Shown here piece after piece: positions 13,501 to 25,347 of a DNA stretch of 64,000 nucleotides. The position numbers and the translations under genes were made by a program. The first letter of the stretch is position 1. Each line of letters starts with the position of its first letter. The stretch spans positions 744,001-808,000 of the forward strand of contig ML996688.1 in NCBI GenBank assembly GCA_010356995.1, in the 5' to 3' direction. This stretch comes from Trichodelitschia bisporula. Taxonomy: Eukaryota. The notes below the pieces were generated by a model. It searched no databases and was not told the DNA's origin. It saw only the letters and a program-made list of their open reading frames with translations.

Positions 13501-14852
13501 CTAACTGCTCGGCACAAACACAAAGGTCATAATCCCCATGCCCTCCTGCGCCTCACCATGCGACTCGCGCAGCGGATGCGTCTTAGTATCATACGACGCC
13601 GTGATAAGCACGTTATCGCCCTTTTTGATCGCGATCGGGTCCGCGCACTCCGACATCTTGGTGATAGTCTGCCACTCCTTGCCGTTGACCTTCAGCGTGC
13701 TCCCCGCGCCGCCGTACGTCGCCTTCGACGCGCACACCAGCTTGTCGTTGATGTACATGTTGACCGCCGTGCCACCGTCGTGCATGTGGCCGCCTGACCC
13801 CGTTAGCTTCGATTTGGGCGGAGAGGAGATGACCTACGCGCTGCGATGATTTTTCCGTCGGCCGTCGCTGGGTAGACTTTGCTCTTGATTTCGCCGGCTG
13901 TGCCGGGCTGCGGCTTAAAGCTCTGGGTTGCACTGTCGCAAGCTGCGAATGTTAGTCCGATGAAGAATGAGGTAAATGTGAGGGGGAAACTCACAAGTTG
14001 CTGCCAGTGTCGCCTGGCTGGCGTCCGGCCCGTACTTGCCGGGCACCCACTCAATGTCCATCTGCAAGAACACGTTCTGCGGCTCCGGGTGGTAGTTAAC
14101 GAGCTCAGCCTGCATGATGAATTCGTCGTTCTTGATGTAAAAGCCCGCCTTAAGCTGACCATCAGGTGTCGTATACCACTGACGGAACTCATCAACCGCC
14201 CCACCCAGGAACGGCGAGATCGACGACGCAATCCCGGGGCAGCCAGTGATGTAGCTCTTGACCGGCTTCGTCACATCCATGGCAATGACGTGGTGCAGAT
14301 ACACCCCCTTGCTCAAGTCCGCTCGCGTCCCGTTCTCGAACACAACCGTCGTCTTCCCCGACAGCACGGTGCAGTCCTTGCACAGCCCCGTGGCTAGCCG
14401 CTTCGTCGTCGACCACCCGTTCGGGTCCATGGGCTTCTGCCCCGCGAGCAGGCTGAGCGTGTCGCCGAACCCACCGCCCGCCGCCTTGGGTGCCGCTGGC
14501 GCGGCTCCGCCCATGCTCATTCCGGGCATGTCGCCGCCGCCGTGGTTATGGCCGGCCTCGGGTGACGGAGGCGCGGCGCCGTCCTATGCGTGTGAGCGTG
14601 GTCCGAAGTGCGGGAGGCTATGAGTACCTTGTTCCCGGGGATGGTGAACGGGCCATAGCGGATCAACTGCCGCTTGATGCCCGCAACCTTGAGGCTGCTC
14701 TTCTCCTCGATGACGATGCCGTTGGCCGCCGGCATCAGCTTCGCTGCCATGCCTAGCATGCTGCCGAGCATGTTGGACTGGCGTGCCTCAAGGGGCACCG
14801 CCGCAGCGGTGGTAAGCGCGGCAAGGGCTGGAGTGAGGAAAAGGTACTTCAT
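13501..14852 (-). CDS. Secreted protein with PHM/Nod19-like His/Met motifs (candidate copper protein)
   Basis: Signal peptide MKYLFLTPALAALTTAAA. Exons 14852-14628, 14583-13995, 13942-13838, 13793-13501 splice in frame. Motifs GVYLHHV, RGHMHDGG and C-terminal SHGEAQEGMG. Confidence 0.8.
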
Positions 14853-17165
14853 GGTTAAGGAGTGACGAGGGTAGGATGGGAGGGTGTGGAGTGGAGAGAC
14901 GAAGGGCCGGAGGTGCGCCTTTTGAGCATCACCGTTGATGTGCCAAAGATTTATGCGGTAGGCTGCCCTCGTTGCCGGAACTGGTTAGCAGGCTCCCTCG
15001 TCGGGGCGAAATGAACACGGGACGTTGCTCGCAAATTGAAGGCATCGACTAATAGACGCGGTGTGGCTGTCATTGCTTCCGTGGAGTGAACTGCTGGTCT
15101 AAGATTGCTGGTCTGGATGGTGAAGTGAACGGTACGCACCACTCTATCCGTCTACCGTAAACAGGTCCAAAGGGCTAGTTCGACCTATCGGGGCGCGAAC
15201 CGTAATGTATACAAGACGCGCCACCCAGCCTGATGAATATTGCATTCCCCGGAATCTCGCCAAGACATTGGACCGTGTTGCCATTGGCTATGGGAGACTC
15301 TGTGGGTGAGATGCATTGATATGAAAAGGAAGATACAGTATCAGATGAGTTGAAGGTGTCGTCGTGCACCGCCAGAAGGGGCAGCTAGCAAGAAGAGTTG
15401 GAGTGGGAAGCAATGTTCCATGTTCAGCCTCGGCCACGTTTCAACGCCTCAGCCATTGGGGCTCCTCGGAGGGAAATGAACATAGCTTCAAGTTTAGCGG
15501 AGTTGAATAGGTAAAATTCTATGATGACGACACGTGGGCAGCCAATGTCCTGATGTTTGTAAGCAGAGTTCCAACACTAACTATGCATTCATGGCGGGGT
15601 TTACCGTCCTGCATCGGCAATAGGTGTTTCCGGATTTTGCAATCAAAACTTCAAGAATAGACTAAGTTGTGCAGTTCCATAGAGCGCAGGGTGGCGGTAC
15701 AAATTGGCAATGCTTCCCGTCTATGCCGCTTGACGCCGAGTGAGGAGTTAGAACTAACCGTTGGGCGGGAAAGCATTTCCCATGGCCGCAGCATCTCGCC
15801 TTCGGATGACTGGACTCTGGACTGCTGAACATGATGAACGACGCTTAAGACTGAGAATTTCAGCATCCAATATTGTCCTAGAGTGCCGATCCGCCCTACC
15901 GCACGGGTCATGGACAGTCTGGCCTCTGTGCACCTACTGCCGAGAATGCGGAATGCGAAGTGACGTTGATTAAGAGGCACGCGTGGCGCCCTTAGCTTCG
16001 CGGTTGAGGCGCCGTCAGGGCTGGACCGAAGATTGTGAGCTGCAACATGTCAGCAAGTCATCCACGGTAGCCTAGGATACTTGCGTGCGAGACCTAAGCT
16101 CATTTGATTGCCAGAAGCCTTTGTTGCGGAAAGAGCCGCCGGGCCCGTTCGATCCTCGGAATCCTGTTGATTCAGCAGAGTCCCAGGAGGGGCGATGCTG
16201 GATAGGGCTTTCAGCTCCGTCATTCCTGACCCGGTTCGATGGAGGCTGTTAGGGTGCGTGAGGCTCGCATTGTTACATCGGTATGCGAGGTTGACTGGTT
16301 GGGGAGGAGCTGGAAGCAATATCAGGGACACGATCGGCATAGGATATGCCCGGGCCGAATGAAAGCCAGGGTAGCGGATCTCCAGGGACCCCACACTTCA
16401 CAACGACACGCGACGCCCAACCCGATCATCGGAAACGATACCCGACAGTGATTGTAGGATAGATGCTGCTGCTACTGCTTGCTGTTGAATACGAAGATCC
16501 GGAAGCCTTGGTTTGGCCGAGTAGCCGACGTTGGGTCTAGGTCTAGGCATAAAGTACGGCAGGCGCGAAGGGCGAAGTACGTCGCGGCTTATTCACCGGG
16601 AAGCCTGCTATTAGTCGAGAGGCGGTTGCTAGCATTTCGAATGGTTTGCACTTCGCAGACGAGTCAAGCCTTAACCCGCGCAGGAAAGACTAGAACCACA
16701 CTACCCCAAGGAACGTCACCAGTCGGAGAACATATGCACAACTCCACCGTCTGTAATACCTCTGGCTTTGGAAGGTATCGAATAGCCAGAGATGTTTCCG
16801 TCCAGCTTTGGTCCTCTGAACTTACGAGCAGTCAACAGCAAATCGGCAATCCATATCAGTCTCGAAAAGGCTTTAAACGCCGACTTTTCCTCTATTAAAG
16901 TCATCCTTCTATGAAGCTACTCCCAAAGCCCAGATGATCATAACAAATACAAACTAATCGTACACAACAGGTCCTGAACCATACAAGTATTCCTAAACGG
17001 TGTCGAGTCCGGTACAGTGAGTCTTTGGGAATCGCGTCGCAGAACTCCGCCGCTTCAGTCCAATCCAATCCCGCATTATCGCTCGTCAGACATTTCGTAA
17101 GTCGTAAGTCGCGTCCGCCGTAATTCGTATTCAAAGCGATCATCCTTTTCGCCCATCAGCTCCCA

Positions 17166-17462
17166 TCATCTCCCCCTCTCCTCCCGCTCCACCACCGCAA
17201 CTGCCATCGCAGCGGCAGTCTCATCTCCCGTAACAGCATTGCGGCGCACCCATGGTCGCGCAGGCGTTAATCCCGAGGCCGATGCCGCAGCATTGAGATG
17301 GAAATCAAAGTCGAACTGCGGAAGCAAAGGAGTGCGCTTATGCCCCATCGCAGGAGAGGGATGCGGCGTCGGCGCCGCAGGAATAGACGTTGTTGGCGAG
17401 ACGAGCGACATAGCGTCTGAAGGGAAGGTCTGGGTTATGGAGTAGATGGTGTTGGGAACCAT
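17166..17462 (-). CDS. Small (98 aa) disordered hypothetical protein
   Basis: gccATGG start context. Ser/Thr/Pro-rich ORF containing LPQFDFDF and WVRRNAV motifs. Confidence 0.45.
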   Translation of the reverse strand: MVPNTIYSITQTFPSDAMSLVSPTTSIPAAPTPHPSPAMGHKRTPLLPQFDFDFHLNAAASASGLTPARPWVRRNAVTGDETAAAMAVAVVEREERGR

Positions 17463-18264
17463 GGCTCGCTGAGGCGGCACAAAGGTGGTCTTCGAGAACG
17501 TCGTAGTCGGACTGGGGACCTGAGACAAGGTTTCTTCGGCGCAGGTTCTTGCTCGAAAAATCTTTTTCCTTCGTTCCGATCCGTCAGATCGATCCCCCAT
17601 TCCCTCCTTATATCCATCAACCCCCTCCCCCTTTCCAGAAGCCACAAAACTAGTGTGACTCACGTCCCCTCATAAACATTCCGATTCCATTACCAAGGAT
17701 CCACTCGCCCCCACGCCGCGTTGATTGGCCCCTTATCCCTAGGCCCTGCATGGAACATTCGCCGCGCCTTCTACGCAGCCGCCGCCTGCTTTCGCCCGAT
17801 CTGTGATCATTGTGCGCTTTGCTTTTCCCGTCTTCCCCGGTCCTCCCGCTGCGAGATGCGATGGCGCCTTGTGTGGCTGCACGCTGCGGCTGCCCGTTTC
17901 CCGTTTGCGATTGTTCGCATTTCGGTGCGGGCCCTGCCGCTGTGTCACCGTCGAGGACCGGGTGGCGATGTCGCTTGCCATGATGGCTCACGTGGGGCGC
18001 GGATACTGCAGATGGATACGAAAGGGCGTGCGGGCAAGATGTCAACTATGCTTACGGGGAATGGCCTACACTGTTGATCGAATCTACGCGCGTTCAAGTA
18101 ACTGTGGTCAAGGGATATAGCTAGGTACCATACACGCTCGCATCGCAAATGGCCGTAATCCATCATCCCGGCTACCTACCACCATCGTATAACCCTCACC
18201 GCAGGCCCATCCCAACCCAACCAACCCATCGCCAGCAACAGCAAGCACAAAAGCCCAGCAAACG

Positions 18265-19370
18265 CTAACGACTGAAATTCGCCGGCGGGGCCGTGGGCGG
18301 ACCTTCGGGTGTAACGTAGGCCTACCAGTAGAAAAAGGGCTCGTTAGCAAAACTTCGTGGCATAAAATTGCGAACCCGGGCAAGTGCAGCTCACCTTCGT
18401 CATCCCGCCGTCGACCACGAAATCCGTCCCGTTGACGAAGCTGCTCTCATCGCTGGCCAGGAAGACGACCGCGTGCGCTTGCTCAATGGCTTCGCCGAAG
18501 CGCCCCGTTGGGAAATGGATTTCGCGGCGGTGGCGCTTGGCTGCGTCATCGCCGAGCCAGTCCTGGAGGAGGGGAGTGCTACGAGCGTCAGGCGGTTACA
18601 ACGAGATAAGGTACGAGATAGAACTCACTTCAGTGGTGCCGGGCACAGCGCATTGAACCGGAAGCCTTCGCGCGCATGCACAATCGCCAGCTCGCGCGTC
18701 ATAGCAAGCACAGCGCCCTTACTCGCCGTATACGCGAGTTGGGGCGTCGCGCTGCCCACCAGGGCCACAACACTCGCAACATTAATAATCGACCCGTTCT
18801 TCTTCCCGTGCTTGCGCAGACTGAGAACCGCATGCTTGCTCCCGTACCACACGCCCTTGACGTTGATCGCCATGGTCAGGTCCCAGATGCGCTCCGGGGT
18901 GTTGACCGCGTCGGCGTCGTCGGCGTGCATGATACCGGCGTTGTTGAAGATCACGTCCAGGCCGCCCCAGGAGTCGAGACTGGCTACGGCGGCGGCTACG
19001 CTGGATTCGTCGGTCACGTCGCAGATGACCGTTTCGATGCGCGGGGGGTTCGGCACCACGGAGAGGAGCTTAGATCTAGCACGCTCGAGCGCGGGCCCGG
19101 AGATGTCGGCCATGAGGACGAGAGCACCTTCACGGGCGAAGAGGATGGAGGTCTCGAGACCGATGCCGCTATGGAGGTTAGTCGATTCTCTGCAGCGTTC
19201 AGGGCAGAAAACAGATGGTAGGATATGCACTCAATGCATGAGACTGAATACTCAAAAGGAAGATATTCGTAATCCGAAATCCTCATATTGAATCACTTCA
19301 CCTACCCAGCAGCTCCGGTGATAAGGGCATTCTTGCCTGCCAGACGGCCCTTTGGTGCTTCAGTCGCCAT
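18265..19370 (-). CDS. Short-chain dehydrogenase/reductase (classical SDR, Rv2857c/SCO1611-like)
   Basis: Exons 19370-19306, 19168-18629, 18578-18395, 18321-18265. Motifs TGAAGGIG, NNAG, YTASK and C-terminal VVDGGMTKAYVTP. Confidence 0.93.
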
Positions 19371-20200
19371 ACTGAGTTACGTTTCGAAGTCGAGAAGTAA
19401 AACTGAGGTACAAAACCACCGAGCACTGGGAGCTACAAGGCGTATAAGAACCCGGGGCGACGTTGTGAGGTGGTGGCCGGATATGACTAATTTCTAGCCG
19501 CCAGCCTATGGCGGGGCAAGATGGAGTATCACGCGTCCGTTTCCGGAAAGAGTTGTAAATTCCAGAAAGGCGTAAGGACCCTGGACGAAGGACGAAGCAA
19601 GAATCACACAAAAGTTTGAACTGCTAGTTGGCATGAAGCAGCCGCGGACGGAGTCGAGCTTTCATATAGTGAGGTCCGCTATCGCTTGTCGATAAGAAAC
19701 CGCTATGACGGGGCACCGTACCCCTCCAATGCCTCACCCTTCAGGCATCCATAGCGGAGCAGTACGACGTCACCGCTGCCCAGCTCGATGTCCCTGATGT
19801 ACCGATGAGCCGACCATAGCTGGAGGAGAGAGAAAGAGAGCAGTACAGCAGTTACATGCTTTGGTCAATCTCGCATATTTTGATACGCTATCTCGCATCT
19901 AGCCTATCGCCAGCCTTGCCTTTCTTATTCCTTGTCGCCAATCCACTGCGCGCCGGGAGCTGATTATCGCGCACGCCGTAGCGGTCCAGATACGGACAAG
20001 CATGGCCCCAAGCTTTGGTAGGGTACCATTCCAGGGTTTCTCTGCCGCATCGCGTCCCGCCCGGTTTATCACCGCGCTTCCACTACGTAAACAGATGGTC
20101 TTGTGCCCCGTGTGTGTTCCCTTTTTCCATCTCACCTCGAATCCTTTTGCACTTATCCCCTACTCCCTTTACAAGCAGTTCTTCAATCCAAACCGGCGCA
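19371..20200. promoter_or_regulatory. Bidirectional promoter with clustered HGATAR (AreA/NIT2-type) sites
   Basis: HGATAR on either strand at 19679, 19690, 19888, 19904, 19964 and 20066, between two divergent ATGs. Confidence 0.5.
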
Positions 20201-21884
20201 ATGGCTCATGCAGGCGAAGAAGGAGAAGTCAAAGTCGAGGATCTCCCGCGCATCCTCGAAAATGACATCAGCGTCAAAGTCGCCGGAGTCGACGTAGACG
20301 GCGTGCTGCGCGGCAAGCTCATGGCCAAGAAGAAGTTTCTCTCCATCGCAAAGGAGGGCTTCGGCTTCTGCTCTGTCATATTCGGCTGGGATATGCATGA
20401 TCAGACCTACTTCCGCGAGCTCAAAATCAGCAACAAGGACAATGGTTATCACGACATTCTTGCCATTCCCGACCTGAAGTCCTTCCGGCGCATCCCTTGG
20501 GAGAACAATGTTCCCTTCTTCCTTGTCAGTTTCTACGACCCGGATACCCAAGAGTCGCTCAGCGCATGTCCGCGCTCGCTGCTGCAGCGTGCTGTCGCGA
20601 AGCTGGATGAAAGGGGCTACCGCGCTATGGCTGGAGGTGAGCTGCATCGTCCGGATGCGAACGAAAGCTGGTGCACAGCGACCCCCGAGGCTGGCATAGC
20701 TAATTGCTAGTCATCCAGCGGAATTCGAGTTCTACCACTTTCGCCCTCCGGCAACGAACAATGGCGGCGAACGCAACTCCTCCGCCACCGCAGTCTTCCT
20801 CAAAGACAACCCACCCCACGCTTTGCCGCACATGACTGAGGGAATGACGGGATACAGCCTGACGAGGACGGTGCATAATCAAGACTACTTCTACGGCGTT
20901 TTCGATGCATGCGAGAAGTTTCGTTGTGGAATTGAAGGATGGCACACGGAGAGCGGACCGGGTGTCTTCGAAGCGGTTAGTTATGGTCCGCTTTGGAGGG
21001 CGAGACCTAATTCCAGCAGGCGCTGCAATTCAATGAGATCACTGAAATGGCCGACAGGGCGGCGCTCTTCAAGTATGCGAGTTCCATAACGTCTTCGCAT
21101 CGCTAACACCAATGCAGGCTCACCGTAAAATCGTTAGCCAGCAGGTCCGGCCTCACGCCCTGCTTTATGGCCAAGCCCCGGGAAGGTCTGCCGGGTAACT
21201 CGGGGCACATGCACATCTCCATTGTGGACAAAGAGGGCAAGAACCTCTTTTACCGCGAAGAAGAAGACAAGGACACCAAGTGGGGTGACCTGCGATATCT
21301 GTCTGACTTGGGACGGCAGTTCCTTGCCGGCATTTTGGACGGATTACCCGACATCATGCCCATTGTGGCGCCTACCATAAACTCGTACAAGCGCCTCGTT
21401 GAGAACTTCTGGGCGCCGGTTACGGTTTCGTGGGGCTTGGAGCATCGCGCGGCCTCAATACGCCTCATTACACCCCCCTCTGCAAGCCCAAAGGCTACAC
21501 GACTCGAGGTTCGGGTACCAGGAGCAGATGCAAATGCTCACATGGTGCTCGCCGCAATCCTAGCATTGGGTTGGCGAGGTGTGGAGAAGAAGCTTGAGAT
21601 TTCGGTGCCCCCGCTCGGCAAAGGAGAGGATGTCGGCGGCGAGTCGGACCAGGGCATTCGGTTGGCAAAGTCGCTGAAGGAGGCGAACGTGCGGTTCATG
21701 GCCAAGGACAGTGTTGCGCGTGAGGTCTTTGGTGACGAATTTGTAGAGCATTTCGGCGGAACGAGGGAGCATGAGGTGCGGCTGTGGGACGAGGCTGTGA
21801 CGGATTGGTAAGAATACACGCATTTTTTGGTCCTGTTGCTAACCCGCGAATAGGGAGGTCAAGCGATATATAGAGATGGTGTAG
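20201..21884 (+). CDS. Glutamine synthetase-like gamma-glutamyl-amine ligase (type I, GlnA4/PuuA-like)
   Basis: Exons 20201-20636, 20719-20975, 21020-21072, 21118-21807, 21854-21884. Motifs DVDGVLRGK, AEFEF, HTESGPGVFE, FMAKP...GNSGHMHIS, NSYKRLVENFWAP and RLEVRVPGAD. Confidence 0.93.
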
Positions 21885-22395
21885 CTTTCGAGTGCGTTAC
21901 TGGTTCATCAGTCCCAGTTTTGGTGACAGGTCATTCCTAAGCTGTACATTAGCTAAGCAAATTGATGCGCGACGTTGCATTATATCGCTTCATGAAGCTG
22001 ACTATCCCTCGTGCTTGGTCATACATGGCAAAGAGGGCTGGCTGAGCGGAGGTTACAAAAGATCAGAATCCAGCCTCCTTGGCTCAACCCCCCCCCCCCG
22101 GACAGCAATGGCCAATGCCAGCGGACCGATTGACTGACCCCGCCCCCGGCAGCTGTATATGACGCAAGCACGGCAAGGTAAGGTCGCCCAGTAGCTCTAC
22201 CCGGCTTCTTCCTCGGCGGTAGCTATGCGGCAGAGGCTCAAGATGCATCTCTTCCGACCCCACTATATCTGCCAATCCCCACCCACGACCCTACTCCAAC
22301 TTCGTCCACGAAACTTTTCCCTTCCGGTTTGACATTCAATTGCTTTCTCTAAATCTGTACCTTGGAGAATTTCAATTTTTCGGTACAAGTGCACA

Positions 22396-23318
22396 ATGAC
22401 TTCCCACCCGCTGCACTCAGCTGCTTGTATGTTGATTTCCCGAGGTCGAAGTGCGGGGTAGTTTTGCGCATACTGACGATGCTATCAAGGCTGCTCTGTC
22501 CCCGCAGTCGTGACGAAGGGCTATGAGCCCAAGGGGACGTATACAACTGTCGATGGGCTGAAGACCTGTACGTTATTCTCAACTCCCGTCTCATCTGCCT
22601 CACAATCTAACCCCTACAGACGTCACTGGTCCCGCCTCCGCCAAACACGCCATCCTGGTCGTCTACGACGTCTTCGGCTACTTCCCGCAGACATTGCAAG
22701 GCGCAGATATCCTGGCGCACGGCGATGCTGAGCGCCCATACCGCGTCTACATCCCGGACTTCTTCGATGGGCCGGCTGCGGATATCACCTGGTACCCGCC
22801 GGACACGAAGGAGAAGGGCGAAAAGCTGGGTAACTTTTTCAACACGACTGCGGCGCCGCCTAGGACTGTTCCCCGCGTGCCGAAGGTTGTGGAGGAGCTG
22901 TCCAAGGCGAATCCTGACATCCAGAGCTGGGGTGTTGTGGGATACTGCTGGGGCGGAAAGATCGTCAATCTCACTTCGCAGTCCGGCACTCCCTTCAAGG
23001 CCGCCGCCATCTGCCACCCAGCCATGGTTGACCCAGCCGATGCGCCTAAGGTGACGATTCCGATCGCCGTTCTGCCGTCCATGGATGAGGACAAGAAAAC
23101 GATTGGCGAGTACGAGGCGGCTTTGAAGGTTAAGCACATCGTTAAGTGGTTCCCGGACCAGATCCACGGATGGATGGCCGCGCGGTGAGTACTCCGATCC
23201 ACTGAAACGAGCAGGATGTTAATCCAGGGTCAGTTCGAACCTCGAAGACCCCAAGGTTGAGGCCGAGTACAAGCGCGGCTATAAAATCCTGCTGGACTTC
23301 TTCCATGAGAATCTGTAG
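22396..23318 (+). CDS. Dienelactone hydrolase family protein
   Basis: N-terminal HSAACCSVP, YDVFG, PDFF, nucleophile motif GYCWGG, HPAM and catalytic HGWM. Three GT-AG introns. Confidence 0.9.
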
Positions 23319-23931
23319 GTTGTTTTTCTTTTATCTGGCGACAAAGCACGCACGGTAGGCTTGACCTCATTATGCGTTGTTTCCTTGTAGATCCTCTGGT
23401 TGAGCGAGGCTGATGGTACGTAGGGGCAGCGGTGCTTCGAAGATCTGAGGGACGGTCGCTTCCTGTCGGTTCTCTTACAAGTGATATGAAGGGAAGATCT
23501 CTAAGACCGTAGTGAAGCAATAAATTAAGCTGCCTTGACATCTTGATGTTCCATGCTGTCGTGTTGTGCACCGTCCGCTTAATCGCAGCTAGCCCAACGA
23601 GTGCGAATGAACACCATGAACGGAATCTCGTAATATCAACGCCAGCATGCTATCGCAAGAAACGCTCAAAAGAACTAGCAAAAAGTCTCCTGGCGCGCTT
23701 ATAAACTGCCAAGCCAATAAGCCAGCACTTCACTGCTCTCATGCCCAAGGCTGTACATAAATCACATGCTTCAATCTCTTTAGCCAATCATGCTCCCCCC
23801 AAATAATCCTCCGCCACTAACCCTAATCCGGAATCTGCGATGTCATCTCTCCAAAGCTTCAAACCCGCAATCTCCAAAAAAAACCATACCCAGCATCGGA
23901 CTCGCGCAATTGAACCCATTACACCTCTAAA

Positions 23932-24777
23932 ATGTCGACCCCGTTCGGATCCCTCTGTCGCACCATTGCCGCGCAGTCTACATACTTCACAACTTCACTC
24001 CGTACCTGCCAGCCTCACTTTGCGACAACACACAATTTCACCCGCAGCTTCACCACTACCGCTCCCCGCTCCTTCGCCCCCTCTACCTCCTACTCTGTGC
24101 ACATCCGCCGCGCACCCCGCACACACGACCGCGGCCCCGCATCTTCGGAAGACACGCAAACCGACTTCGGCAAGCTGAACGTGCTGGGCGACGTCCCAGT
24201 CCCGGCGACAAGCATCGACGCGTGCCTGGAGGATGGGTTTGATTTGAGCAATGGGGCACGGGTGGCGGGTGCTGGGGTTTTGCTCGTCGGCGGAGAGGCG
24301 TTTCGGTGGAGACCGTGGGTGGAAGAGAGTGGAGGGAGGAGAGGACTGCTGAATGAGAAGGGCGCGTGGGAGGTTGATCGGCGGGCTTGGGGGGTGCTTG
24401 GGGGGCTTTGGCCGAAGCCGGGTATGTACCTGTCTATCTGCTTTCCTGTGAAGGGTTGGGGGTGGTTACCCGGGCGTGGGGGCCTGAGGACGGATGGAAC
24501 GGCACCGCGGCGGAAGGAGATGCGACGCATGCTTTTCACGCCCAGAGAACACAGCTAACGACCAACCCTAGATCTGCTCATTATCGGCACCGGCCCGACT
24601 ATCGTACCCATCTCCCCGGCGACGCGCAAGCATATCAATGGGCTGGGAATCAGGGTTGAGGTGCAGGACACGCGGAATGCAGCCAGCCAGTTTAACCTTC
24701 TCGCGACGGAGCGTGGCGTAGAACAGGTTGCGGCGGCGCTGATTCCTATCGGATGGACGGAGGCAGTCAAGAAGTGA
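23932..24777 (+). CDS. NDUFAF3: Complex I assembly factor NDUFAF3 (Mth938-like)
   Basis: Mitochondrial presequence-like N-terminus. WPKP|DLLIIGTG spans intron 24422-24570, followed by DTRNAASQFNLLATERG. Confidence 0.9.
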
Positions 24778-25347
24778 GGAGTGAGGGTAGACGGGGAATT
24801 GAGAGTCGTTGATGCTGGCTTTGCGCCGTGTGTTTGATTATGGCTACAGTGTCAATTCTGGGCTTCAACTCGCAAAAGTGGAAGATACATCGAGATCTCG
24901 ACAGTGGGCATACACGACCTGGCGACGGCCGTAATTTCGCACCCGCGTCGCGGAATGTCACGCCACGACAACTCCACGATAACGACATTCCAGGCCGCGC
25001 ACACCCAATCAATCTCTCCTCACAACACACCCACCCTCCCGGCGCGCAATGCTCTGCGCGTTGCCCCGGCGTCCCCTGCGCAGGAGGAATTCCCCAGGAA
25101 AAGGATTTATGACCTGCGCAGCCGCGGAAGGAGGGCGGGAGAAGGAACCTGGCACATACGCTCGCTTGCTTCCTTTGCTCACATCCTATCCTATCCCTTT
25201 CGCTGCTACTACGCTCGCTGATTCCTCCTCTCTTCCTTCAATCCTTCTGCAATCCTTGTGCGTGAGCGTTGGCTTGTGGCGTTGCATTTCCATTCGCTTT
25301 GACTCGGCATTGGATACTGTCGTTACGCTGATAGTGTTGCCCGAACC

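Noticed and set aside
18368..19291. 307-aa plus-strand ORF
   Set aside because: Antisense to the SDR and changes character at the SDR intron boundaries.
22396..23318. Dienelactone hydrolase as the deglutamylating third member of the SDR/ligase module
   Set aside because: It is a common alpha/beta hydrolase, not a class I amidotransferase-like enzyme; adjacency alone is insufficient without synteny data.
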